From: an uncultured Lachnospiraceae bacterium
GTDB lineage: Bacteria > Bacillota > Clostridia > Lachnospirales > Lachnospiraceae
NCBI GenBank assembly: GCA_947628025.1
Contig: CANQYH010000001.1
Location: 1 to 42,960, forward strand
Length of the DNA stretch: 42,960 bases
Direction: 5' to 3'
A program made the translations under genes and the position numbers. Below the pieces are notes generated by a model. The model was not told where the DNA came from. It did not search any database and worked only from the letters and a program-made list of their open reading frames with translations. Shown here one piece after another: positions 9,095 through 18,262 of the stretch (positions are counted from its first letter, which is position 1; every line of letters begins with the position of its first letter).

Positions 9095-11521
9095 CTATTT
9101 AAAAGTTACAATGGTCACGCCGGTATCGCCCTCTCCGAATTCTCCCAGGCGGAATTCCTGGACGTAATTCAGGCGCTTCAGGCGTTTGTGGACCGCGTTC
9201 CGCAGTGCGCCGGTCCCGCGGCCGTGGACGACCCGGACCTGCGGCAGATGGGCCAGATAGGCGTCGTCCAGATATTTGTCCAGGAGTGGGATCGCCTCGT
9301 CGGTGGTCTTGCCGATCAGGTTGATCTCCGGCGAGACGGTCAGAGACTTGGACATCTTGATGCTGCCGGAACCGGTATTATGGCCGCCCGATGTATTGTT
9401 TTTCCCGCCCGTCCGGATGCCGGAGGTTCCGCCCGCACCGTCAGGGCCGGTGATCGTAGTTTCGTCGATCAGTTCCAGGTCCTTGATATTGACCAGGGAG
9501 CGGAGGATGCCCATCTGCACGTACAGCTCGCCCTTGGCGTTGGGCAGGGAGCTGACGGTCCCGTTTAGGTTCAGGGACAATACCTTGACCGCGTCGCCGA
9601 CGCGGATAGTCTTCGGGGAAATGGTCTTTTTGGGTCCTTTGGTTTTGACGGCCAGTTTATCGTCGGCCTGATTGAGCTGATCCCGCAGTTTGGCGCGCTC
9701 GGCCTCCAATTCCTTGCCCACGCCCGAAGACGCGGCCAGGCGGTTGATGTTTTTGATCGTCTGGTCGGCGGTTTCTTTTGCTTCTCTCAGGATGCGCTGG
9801 GCCTCTTCCTGCGCCTGGCGGATCACTTTGTCCTTTTTTTCGTCCAGGCGCTCTTCTTTTTGGGAAAGGCGTTCCCGCAGTCTGGCGGCCTCTTCCTTGT
9901 AAGCAATGGCTTCCTCGCGCTCTTTTTCGATCTGGACGCGGCTTTCCTCCAGATGGGCCAGCAGATCCTCGAATGTCTCGTCGTTGGTCTCCAGGTGGGT
10001 TTTGGCGTCTTCGATAATGAAATCCGGCAGTCCCAGTTTGCGGGAGATCGCGAATGCGTTGCTCTTGCCGGGGATCCCGATCAGCAGGCGGTAGGTAGGC
10101 TGGAGATTTTCCACGCTGAACTCGCAGCAGGCATTCTCTACGCCGGGCGTGGTCAATGCGTAAACCTTCAGTTCGCTGTAATGGGTTGTGGCCATGGTCC
10201 GGCATTTCATATTGTGCAGAAACGTCAGGATCGAAATGGCCAGCGCCGCGCCCTCGGTCGGGTCGGTGCCTGCACCCAGCTCGTCGAAAAGACAGAGCGA
10301 ATAAGTGTCCGCTTTTTCCAGGATGGACACGATATTGGTCATGTGAGCGGAGAACGTGCTCAGGCTTTGCTCAATGCTCTGTTCGTCGCCGATGTCCGCG
10401 AAAACTTCGTCAAACACGGCCAGCTCGGAACCATCGAACGCCGGGATGTGAAGCCCGGCCTGCCCCATGAGCGTGAACAGGCCCACGGTCTTCAGAGAGA
10501 CTGTCTTGCCGCCGGTATTGGGACCTGTGACGACCAGCAGGTCAAACTCGCGGCCCAGGTGGATATTGATCGGCACTACCTTAGAGGGATCCAGAAGCGG
10601 GTGGCGGCCCTCCTTGATGTTCAGGTAGCGGTCGGTATTAAAGCGCGGTTCGCTGCCGTTGTAATGGCGGGACAGCGCGGCCTTGGCAAAAATGAAGTCC
10701 AGCCGCGCCAGGATCTCCTGATTTTGCCGGATCTCCTCGATGTGGGGGACGGTCAGATTGCTCAGCTCCGCCAGAACCGCTTCGATCTCTTTCTTTTCCT
10801 GCAGCTCCAGCTCGCGCATCTGATTGTTCAGCTGCACGACGGCCAGAGGTTCGATGAACAATGTGGAACCGGTGGCGGACTGATCGTGGATCATGCCCTG
10901 CACCTGGGATTTGTGTTCGGACTTTACCGGCAGGCAGTAACGCCCGTCCCGCATGGTAACGACGGCGTCCTGCAGGTAGCTGCGGTTGGAATTCAGAAGA
11001 GAATTCAGTTGATTGCGGATCTTTTCGGCGATAGAGCGCATGGAGCGGCGGACCTTGCGGAGTCCGGGGCTGGCGTCGTCGCTGATCTCTTCTTCCGAAA
11101 GGATACAGCGCTGGATCTCATTGTTCAGCAGCGTCAGAGGTTCCAGCGACCGGAACAGATCCTCCAGCGAATCCGGTTCGAACTGGTCGGAATCCTCGTG
11201 GCGCCCGTATTCCCTGGCGCGCGCGGCAATAGTCAGCAGGGCGCTGATGGAAAGCAGCTCCGCGATCGAAAGGGTGCTGCCGATCTCCAGCCGTTTCAGG
11301 GAAGCGCCCGTATCTTTCAGGCCCGTGAAAGTGAGCCTGCCTTTGAGGCGCACGCGGTCCAGAGCGTCGGAAGTCTCTGTCTGCGCCCGCTGGATCTCGT
11401 CGATGTCGGTAAACGGTTCCAGGGCCTGGCACTGCGCGCGTCCCAGCGGGGAAGTCGCGTATTCGCAGAGACGGTCGATGATCTTGTCATATTCCAAAGT
11501 TTTTAATGCTTTTGCGTTCAT
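9095..11521 (-). CDS. mutS2: Endonuclease MutS2 (MutS ATPase, coiled coil, KOW, Smr)
   Basis: LKTLEYDKI start, TGPNTGGKT, DIGDEQSIEQSLSTFS, DELGAGTDP and C-terminal Smr VVHGRGTGALR..GEGDTGVT. Start set at ATG 11521 after GGAGG. Confidence 0.96.
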   Translation of the reverse strand: MNAKALKTLEYDKIIDRLCEYATSPLGRAQCQALEPFTDIDEIQRAQTETSDALDRVRLKGRLTFTGLKDTGASLKRLEIGSTLSIAELLSISALLTIAARAREYGRHEDSDQFEPDSLEDLFRSLEPLTLLNNEIQRCILSEEEISDDASPGLRKVRRSMRSIAEKIRNQLNSLLNSNRSYLQDAVVTMRDGRYCLPVKSEHKSQVQGMIHDQSATGSTLFIEPLAVVQLNNQMRELELQEKKEIEAVLAELSNLTVPHIEEIRQNQEILARLDFIFAKAALSRHYNGSEPRFNTDRYLNIKEGRHPLLDPSKVVPINIHLGREFDLLVVTGPNTGGKTVSLKTVGLFTLMGQAGLHIPAFDGSELAVFDEVFADIGDEQSIEQSLSTFSAHMTNIVSILEKADTYSLCLFDELGAGTDPTEGAALAISILTFLHNMKCRTMATTHYSELKVYALTTPGVENACCEFSVENLQPTYRLLIGIPGKSNAFAISRKLGLPDFIIEDAKTHLETNDETFEDLLAHLEESRVQIEKEREEAIAYKEEAARLRERLSQKEERLDEKKDKVIRQAQEEAQRILREAKETADQTIKNINRLAASSGVGKELEAERAKLRDQLNQADDKLAVKTKGPKKTISPKTIRVGDAVKVLSLNLNGTVSSLPNAKGELYVQMGILRSLVNIKDLELIDETTITGPDGAGGTSGIRTGGKNNTSGGHNTGSGSIKMSKSLTVSPEINLIGKTTDEAIPLLDKYLDDAYLAHLPQVRVVHGRGTGALRNAVHKRLKRLNYVQEFRLGEFGEGDTGVTIVTFK

Positions 11522-11765
11522 ATATCGAATATCCTCCATAGGGGGCAATAACTGTTTTGTCTGAATTAAAATGCGGTGCGTCCGGCGCGGTCCGATACAG
11601 ACAGTATACCATAAATCCCGCGCTTCCGCTCTATATTTTTATTAATTTTTGTGTAAGATATGAAAATCTGCGCGGATTTCAGAGAAAATAACCGGCATTA
11701 TTTGGCGCGGGCAGAGAAAATCGGATAAAACAGCCGCGAAATGACCGTGAAAAGTACGGTTTTGC

Positions 11766-11794
11766 TTGCATAATCGGGTATCTGAATTTATAAT
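11766..11794 (+). promoter_or_regulatory. sigma-A promoter for the HtrA-like gene
   Basis: TTGCAT (11766-11771), 17-bp spacer, TATAAT (11789-11794). Confidence 0.7.
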
Positions 11795-11823
11795 AAGGAT
11801 AGGTCTCTGAAAGGGGGATAAGT

Positions 11824-13170
11824 ATGTCGGATAAAGCAGGTTCCGCGCAGGAGCCGGAGAAGAAACGGGCTTTTATTCGAGAGAAAGTTGCGAAGCCGCC
11901 GAGGACGAGAAAGCAGATGTTGGGGAGAATGTTTGCCTGTGTGATCCTTGCGATCATAGGCGGCGTCGCTGCGGGGACGAGTTTTGCGGTGGTCAGTCCG
12001 CTGGCGAAGCGATATCTGGAGCCGACGACAGTGGAACCGACGATACCGGTGATGATACCGACCGATGCGGAGACGACGCCGGAGGCGACGACTACGGCGG
12101 CTCCGGAACCGACGACAGAAGCGACAACAGAGGAGGAGACAGAAAAGGCGACGGAGGCAGAGACGGAGCCGATCGAAGATATTCTGCAGTCGGCGTTGGA
12201 ACAGTACACATATTCAATCGATGATCTGAATTCTTTGGGCTCCGCGCTGCGGGGTGTGGTTTTGGCGGCCGATAACAGTATCGTGACCGTCCATTCGGTG
12301 CGTGAAGAAAGAGATTGGTTCGACAATCCGCTGGAGACGACGGGTTTGTATGCGGGTGCCATCATTGCCAATACAGAGGCGGAGATTTTGATCCTGACGC
12401 CGGCGACGGCAGTAGAAGACGCGGATTCTCTGCGGGTCACATTCAGCGACAATACAGAGGCGGAGTGCGAGGTCCGGCAGACGGATGGAATCACGGGCAT
12501 GGCCGTAATCAGTGTGGATTATGAGAACCTGGAGGAGGGGACCGGCGAGTGGGTCCGGGCGCTTCGTCTGGGCAATTCCTACGTGACCCGGCAGGGCGAG
12601 ATCGTGATCGCCATAGGCGCGCCGTCGGGGGCGGCTCATTCCATTTCCTACGGGGTCGTCTCGTATATACTTCGCAATGTGCAGGTGGCGGACGGCGTCA
12701 CCAGGCTTTTATATACAGACGCGGCCGGAAACGCGGCGGCCGGGACGTTCCTGATCAATACCGCGGGAGAGATGGTCGGCTGGCTGACCGATGATTATGA
12801 CGCAGGCGGTATGCGCGTGGCGATGGCGATCTCTGATTATAAGGCGATCCTGGAGAAGCTCTCCAATGGGATCGCGCCGCCGTATCTGGGCGTCCAGGGC
12901 CAGGAAGTTAATGTTTCCATGCAGGAGAGCGGTATGCCCAGGGGCGTTTATGTGACGGAATGCCGCAGGAACAGCCCTGCCTACAATGCGGGGATCCAGA
13001 GCGGGGATATCATTACGAAAGTCGGCGAGAAGAATGTGGAGACGATATCGGACTATCAGGTGGGAGTAGGCCTGCTTAGGGAGGGAGATCAGATAACAGT
13101 TGTGGTTCAGCGCCGGGGAGCGGATGAATATATTGAATTGGAGTATCAGGTGATCGTGGGAGCCAGGTAG
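11824..13170 (+). CDS. Membrane-anchored HtrA/DegP-like protein (trypsin-like fold plus PDZ), catalytic triad apparently lost
   Basis: N-terminal TM helix, Thr/Glu-rich stalk, LGNS..GEIVIAIGAP, LINTAGEMVG and PDZ YLGV..SPAYNAGIQSGDIIT. Confidence 0.85.
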   Translation: MSDKAGSAQEPEKKRAFIREKVAKPPRTRKQMLGRMFACVILAIIGGVAAGTSFAVVSPLAKRYLEPTTVEPTIPVMIPTDAETTPEATTTAAPEPTTEATTEEETEKATEAETEPIEDILQSALEQYTYSIDDLNSLGSALRGVVLAADNSIVTVHSVREERDWFDNPLETTGLYAGAIIANTEAEILILTPATAVEDADSLRVTFSDNTEAECEVRQTDGITGMAVISVDYENLEEGTGEWVRALRLGNSYVTRQGEIVIAIGAPSGAAHSISYGVVSYILRNVQVADGVTRLLYTDAAGNAAAGTFLINTAGEMVGWLTDDYDAGGMRVAMAISDYKAILEKLSNGIAPPYLGVQGQEVNVSMQESGMPRGVYVTECRRNSPAYNAGIQSGDIITKVGEKNVETISDYQVGVGLLREGDQITVVVQRRGADEYIELEYQVIVGAR

Positions 13171-13229
13171 TATGCCTGGCTTTTGCAAAAAGGAGACGCA
13201 GCAGACATTTCAGACAGCGGAGGACAGAG

Positions 13230-14216
13230 ATGAAGTATATCGATACGTTAAAAGAGGGCATGAGGATATCGGAAGTTTATCTGTGCAAAAGCAAACAGAT
13301 CGCGCAGACAAAGGCCGGAAAGGATTACGGCAATCTGGTGCTTCAGGATAAAACCGGTTCCATCGATTCCAAGATCTGGGATCTGACTTCGCCAGGTATA
13401 TGCAGCTTTGAAGCGATGGATTATGTGCGGGTGGACGCGGACGTCACGCTGTTCCAGGGAAGTTTTCAATTAAATGTCCGCCGTATCCGCAAAGCAGACG
13501 AGGGGGAATATGTACCGGCGGATTATCTGCCGGTCAGCAGCAAGGACATTGATAAAATGTATGAGCAGCTGCAGTCTTTTGTTCATTCGATCAAAAATCC
13601 CTATCTGAACCGTCTGGCGGAATCGTTTTTCATGGAAGATGAAGAATTTGCCAAGGCGTTCAAATTTCACAGCGCGGCCAAAAGCGTCCATCACGGGTTT
13701 GTGGGCGGACTGCTGGAACACACGCTGAGCGTTGTAGGCATCTGCAATTATGCGGCGAAGAATTATCCGGAGCTGAACCGGGATCTGCTTTTGTGCGCGG
13801 CTATGTTCCATGATGTGGGAAAGCTGCGGGAACTGTCGGTCTTGCCGGAGAATGATTATACGGACGACGGCCAGCTCCTGGGGCATATCGTGATGGGCGC
13901 GGAGATGGTGGGCGAGCGGATCCGCACGATCCCCGGATTCCCGCCGCGGCTGGAGACGGAACTGAAGCATTGCATCCTGGCCCATCACGGTGAACTGGAA
14001 TTCGGTTCGCCGAAGAAACCGGCGCTTCTGGAGGCGCTGGCTCTGAGCTTCGCCGATAATATGGATGCGAAGATGGAGACGATGATCGAGGCCCTGCGCG
14101 GCGGCGGCGACAATAAGGGCTGGCTGGGATATAACCGTTTTTTGGAGACGAATCTGCGGAAAACGACTCCGCAGGAGTGTGAATGTTTCCGGGGACCGGG
14201 TATTTTTGACCGGTGA
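13230..14216 (+). CDS. yhaM: 3'-5' exoribonuclease YhaM family (OB fold plus HD domain)
   Basis: LQDKTGSIDSKIW OB fold; AAKSVHH..GGLLEHTL, FHDVGK, HCILAHHG and ADNMDAK. Confidence 0.92.
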   Translation: MKYIDTLKEGMRISEVYLCKSKQIAQTKAGKDYGNLVLQDKTGSIDSKIWDLTSPGICSFEAMDYVRVDADVTLFQGSFQLNVRRIRKADEGEYVPADYLPVSSKDIDKMYEQLQSFVHSIKNPYLNRLAESFFMEDEEFAKAFKFHSAAKSVHHGFVGGLLEHTLSVVGICNYAAKNYPELNRDLLLCAAMFHDVGKLRELSVLPENDYTDDGQLLGHIVMGAEMVGERIRTIPGFPPRLETELKHCILAHHGELEFGSPKKPALLEALALSFADNMDAKMETMIEALRGGGDNKGWLGYNRFLETNLRKTTPQECECFRGPGIFDR

Positions 14217-14244
14217 GATGAAGATGCCCTGAAAATGACATGCG

Positions 14245-14292
14245 AAAAGGCTGTCATGCCGTAGGTTTGACCTTGCGTCGTGGCAGCCTTTT
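14245..14292. terminator. Long hairpin, probable bidirectional terminator after yhaM
   Basis: AAAAGGCTGTCA ... TGGCAGCCTTTT inverted repeat with an inner AGGT/ACCT stem. Confidence 0.7.
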
Positions 14293-14627
14293 GCGTTGTA
14301 TATGAGAGATAAAGGTATGTTGGCGTCTATGTAAAAAGCAGCGTGCTTGAATTTTTTGTCGGGGCCGGCGCTGGTATGCGCCATCCATGCCGGCCTCATT
14401 ATCAGAAATATCTTCTGCCGAATCAGTCTGCCGCTCCCTTCTTTGTGTTCCGTGCAGCAGATCGACTGTATGAAGTATCTCCCGGAAACACTTATATCAT
14501 AGCAGAAAAATGTGAATAGAGTTTGTTTATTCTATAAAAGAAGCATAAAAATGATTAAGTTTCATCGAAAGAATCTTACGAATTGTTAAAAAAATAGCAA
14601 AGACAGCCGAAAGAAAGAGGAATGGTC

Positions 14628-16073
14628 ATGGATATAGGAAAAAAGAACGACATCATTACGGTAAAGATCGAAGACCTGTCGGAGGACGGTTCGGGTATCG
14701 GCAGATTGGACGGGTATATCTGGTTCATCAAGGACGCGGTGATCGGCGATACGGTGGAGGCGAAGATCATGAAGACGAAGAAGTCTTATGGTTTCGCCAG
14801 GCTTTTGCAGGTGCTGGAGCCGTCGGATAAACGAACGGAACCGTTGTGCCCGGTGGCCCGCCAGTGCGGCGGCTGCCAGCTCCAGGCCATGACCTATGAG
14901 GAAGGACTGCGCTTCAAGGAGAATAAAGTGTTCAATCATCTGAAACGGATCGGCGGGTTCGAAAATCTGCGCTTTGTGGATGAGGAGGGAAGCGGTGAAG
15001 CGGCTCCAGGCAGCAGGACCATTCCATTCTACAGGATCATGGGGATGGAGGATCCCTGGCGTTACCGCAATAAAGCCCAGGTCCCGTTCGGCCTGAATCG
15101 CGGCGGAGAGATCGTGACCGGTTTTTACGCTGGCCGCACCCACGCGATCATTGAACAGGAGGATTGTCTGCTGGGAGCGGAGGAGAACCGCCGGATCCTG
15201 GCGATCATTAAAAATTATATGCGTGAAAATCATATTTCGCCCTATGATGAAGACACGCATCGGGGATTGGTCCGCCATGCGCTGATCCGCAAGGGGTTCC
15301 GCACCGGCCAGCTGATGGTGTGCCTGATCATCAACGGCAGGAAGCTCCCGGCTGCGGATAAGCTGGTGCCGGCGCTGCGCGAATTGGACGGTATGACCAG
15401 CATTTCCTATTGTATCAATACGGAGCAGACTAATGTGATCCTGGGACGCGAGATCGTGGATTTATATGGACCGGGCTATATTACCGATTATATCGGCAAT
15501 GTGAAGTACCGGATCTCGCCCCAATCGTTCTACCAGGTGAATCCGCGGCAGACGGAGAAGCTTTACGGCACGGCCCTCGAATACGCGGAACTGACCGGTA
15601 CGGAGACAGTCTGGGACCTTTACTGCGGCATCGGGACAATTTCCCTGTTTCTGGCCCAGAAAGCCGCGCGGGTCTGCGGTGTGGAGGTGGTGCCCCAGGC
15701 GGTCGCCGACGCCCGCGCGAACGCCCGCTTAAACGGTTTTGACAATGTGACGTTTTTCGAAGGAAAGGCCGAGGAAGTGCTGCCGCGCGAGTTTGAGGAA
15801 AATCACATTCACGCAGACGTGATCGTGGTGGACCCGCCCCGCAAAGGCTGCGACGCCGCCTGCCTGGACACGATTGTGAAAATGGCACCGCGGCGGGTGG
15901 TGTACGTGAGCTGCGACTCCGCCACGCTGGCGCGGGACCTGCGCTATCTGTGCGACCGGGGGTATGCGCTTGAGAAGGTAAGGTGTTGCGACATGTTTGG
16001 CTGGACCGGCCATGTGGAAACCGCCGTTTGCCTAACAAAACCCGATGCTGAGCAGGATATGGAAGTGATATAA
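14628..16073 (+). CDS. rlmD: 23S rRNA (uracil-5)-methyltransferase RlmD/RumA family
   Basis: TRAM N-terminus, Fe-S motif CPVARQCGGCQ, SFYQVN, DLYCGIGTI, VDPPRKG, YVSCD and DMFGWTGHVE. Start set at ATG 14628 from RBS spacing. Confidence 0.95.
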   Translation: MDIGKKNDIITVKIEDLSEDGSGIGRLDGYIWFIKDAVIGDTVEAKIMKTKKSYGFARLLQVLEPSDKRTEPLCPVARQCGGCQLQAMTYEEGLRFKENKVFNHLKRIGGFENLRFVDEEGSGEAAPGSRTIPFYRIMGMEDPWRYRNKAQVPFGLNRGGEIVTGFYAGRTHAIIEQEDCLLGAEENRRILAIIKNYMRENHISPYDEDTHRGLVRHALIRKGFRTGQLMVCLIINGRKLPAADKLVPALRELDGMTSISYCINTEQTNVILGREIVDLYGPGYITDYIGNVKYRISPQSFYQVNPRQTEKLYGTALEYAELTGTETVWDLYCGIGTISLFLAQKAARVCGVEVVPQAVADARANARLNGFDNVTFFEGKAEEVLPREFEENHIHADVIVVDPPRKGCDAACLDTIVKMAPRRVVYVSCDSATLARDLRYLCDRGYALEKVRCCDMFGWTGHVETAVCLTKPDAEQDMEVI

Positions 16074-16102
16074 GCGTGCGTTTATAGTATAGGAGAGGTT
16101 CT

Positions 16103-16273
16103 ATGACTCAAATGAAATTTGTAAACAAAGAACCAATCAATAAAGGCTGGTCGTGCGATCGAAAATATTGCGCGGTAACCGCTGACGTTACAAAGTACCT
16201 TTTGCGGATAACGCCCAGAGAGAAAAATGCAGTCCGCGCAGACAAGTTTCGTATTATTAAAAATAGAGCCTGA
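16103..16273 (+). pseudogene. Truncated aminoglycoside/choline phosphotransferase (APH-family) N-terminus
   Basis: RBS AGGAGAGG then MTQMKFVNKEPINKGWSCDRKYCAVTADVTKYLLRITPREK..., stopping after 56 aa. INKGWSxDxKY..KYLLRI resembles the first strands of Firmicute APH-family kinases. Not in the ORF track. Confidence 0.65.
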
Positions 16274-16455
16274 GAACCTGTCCAAAAGAGGGTACAGCAC
16301 TGGCGCACAACGTATGTAAGTTTTTCGGAATTACAAAAGTTTTACAAAATATTATTGTTTTAATCCCCTATTATTTTAACATAAATAATGAAATCTTTGT
16401 ATTTAGTGTATTATACAAATATTTTGCCAATTAAAGATATGAATATAAAATTTTA

Positions 16456-16484
16456 TTGTATCATTGTGCGTTTTCGTGTATAAT
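16456..16484 (+). promoter_or_regulatory. sigma-A promoter for the XRE-dnd operon
   Basis: TTGTAT (16456-16461), 17-bp spacer, TATAAT (16479-16484), in an AT-rich upstream region. Confidence 0.65.
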
Positions 16485-16556
16485 GATTACATGGTATAGT
16501 ATACGTATATTTCATAAGTATTTTTTTATTTCAAGAAGAGTTGGACAGGGGTAATC

Positions 16557-16884
16557 ATGAAAGAACTAGGGAAGCATTTGGCAGAGCTGAGAAAGAAAAA
16601 CCATTATAAACAAAAAGATCTGGCAAAGGAATTAAATGTATCACAACAGGTTATTAGTAACATAGAACGAGGTTTTCATAGATATTCTAAAGAAAATGGC
16701 AGATCTATATGGCATTTCACTGGATTATCTTGTTGATCGAAATTTTTCTGCCCAGGGAGAAACCGATGTCGAGCAAAAAATAATTAATTATATTAAGAAA
16801 ATGGATGATAAAGGAAAGGAACTGAGCTTGGGACTGGTGAGCCAAGTAGTTCAGCATCAAGGTAATGACAATGGCAGCAAATAG
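16557..16884 (+). pseudogene. Frameshifted XRE-family (HTH_3) transcriptional regulator
   Basis: Frame from 16557 reads MKELGKHLAELRKKNHYKQKDLAKELNVSQQVISNIERGF, then diverges and stops at 16736. The HTH continuation IDILKKMADLYGISLDYLV..VEQKIINYIKKMDDKGKELSL is in another frame ending at 16884. Confidence 0.85.
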
Positions 16885-18262
16885 TTATTTCAATGAAAAT
16901 ACACTGGAAGAATTAATGGAAGAAATTCAATATGTCTATCGATCGGATGACAGACCATGGGTTATAGGGTACAGTGGCGGGAAAGATTCCACTACCGTAG
17001 TTGAACTTGTCTATAAGATGCTGCAGTCATTACCGGATTGGTTGCGGCATAAGAATGTCTACATTGTTTCTTCGGATACACGGATTGAAAATCCGTTAAT
17101 AAAGATATATCTCAATAGAATGAATGATTTGATCGGGAAAGCAGCGGAACGAGATGGACTTCCCATTAAAACAACGATGGTCATGCCGCCAGCGGATAAT
17201 TCATTTTGGGCGAATGTGATCGGAAGAGGCTTTCCAACGCCAAGAGTGAACGGAACTTTCAGATGGTGCACAGACAGACTGAAAATCAATCCGAGCGCTG
17301 ATTATATCCGCGAGGTTATAAAGAATGAGGGACAAGAAGTTGTCGTTTTATTAGGAGTAAGGAAAGCGGAAAGCGAAGCCCGAAGACGGAGAATTGAGGG
17401 AAGAGAGCTTGCTAATCGACTCATGAACCGCCATGAAACGATACAGGACGCATATGTTTACAATCCTATTGTTGAACTCACAACGGACGATGTCTGGGAT
17501 GTTCTGTTGAATCTTGACGGCGGAAAAACCCCTTGGGGATCCAACAATAACGAACTGGTTGCGCTTTATTCGGATGCGGATAGCGGCGAATGTCCTTTTG
17601 CCGGCGTGCATGCAGGCGGCCAGACGCAATCCTGTGGAAATTCACGCTTTGGATGTTGGGTTTGTACGGTTGTAAAGGAAGATAAATCTTTAAATGGGTT
17701 TATTAAGAGCGGACACAGAGAGCTTATCCCTCTTGCGGAATTCAGAACCTGGCTGATGAGTATTCGTGATATAGACGAATATCGTGAGAAGAAGCGACGG
17801 AATGGAACTGTATACAGAACTAAAACAGGAGAGATGGGCTATGGCCCGTTTACCTGGGAGGCCCGGCAGTTAATACTTACAATGCTGATAGAGACACAAA
17901 GGAAGATGGGCTATGAATTGATCTCGGTTGAGGAGCTTAAGGCGATAGACGAAATATGGGACGCAGAGCTGGATCTGTCCAGGCGGACTCTTGTTGAATT
18001 ATATGAAAAGCTGACAGGTGAGAAACTGCCATGGTATCAATATAAAGAGCCTCTGATCGATGCCGAGACGGTAATGGAATTGGAAGAACTGGCCGAAGCG
18101 AATGAGGTTCCGTTTGATCTGGTGCGAAATGTCATTTTATCCGTATACCAGAATAAGAACTATTCAAACCAGAGGATAATGAAAGAGGCAGTAGAGAAGC
18201 TGCTGAATCAGCAGTGGCTTCATGACGACATTTTAAAGGAGATTGAAGATGAAAATAAATAG
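16865..18262 (+). CDS. dndC: DNA phosphorothioation sulfurtransferase DndC (PAPS-reductase-like)
   Basis: RPWVIGYSGGKDST PP-loop, DTRIENP, FWANVIGRGFPTP, RWCTDRLKINP, LGVRKAES, SCGNSRFGCWVCTVV and GPFT. The start may be 16871. Confidence 0.95.
   Translation: MTMAANSYFNENTLEELMEEIQYVYRSDDRPWVIGYSGGKDSTTVVELVYKMLQSLPDWLRHKNVYIVSSDTRIENPLIKIYLNRMNDLIGKAAERDGLPIKTTMVMPPADNSFWANVIGRGFPTPRVNGTFRWCTDRLKINPSADYIREVIKNEGQEVVVLLGVRKAESEARRRRIEGRELANRLMNRHETIQDAYVYNPIVELTTDDVWDVLLNLDGGKTPWGSNNNELVALYSDADSGECPFAGVHAGGQTQSCGNSRFGCWVCTVVKEDKSLNGFIKSGHRELIPLAEFRTWLMSIRDIDEYREKKRRNGTVYRTKTGEMGYGPFTWEARQLILTMLIETQRKMGYELISVEELKAIDEIWDAELDLSRRTLVELYEKLTGEKLPWYQYKEPLIDAETVMELEELAEANEVPFDLVRNVILSVYQNKNYSNQRIMKEAVEKLLNQQWLHDDILKEIEDENK

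Noticed and set aside
635-16038. Long opposite-strand or alternate-frame ORFs (e.g. 635-1417, 4661-5734, 5592-6809, 8453-9568, 9860-11506, 13470-14399)
   Set aside because: They shadow well-supported genes in GC-rich DNA and have no recognisable motifs. The same applies to 41245-42459, which is antisense to the M56 gene.
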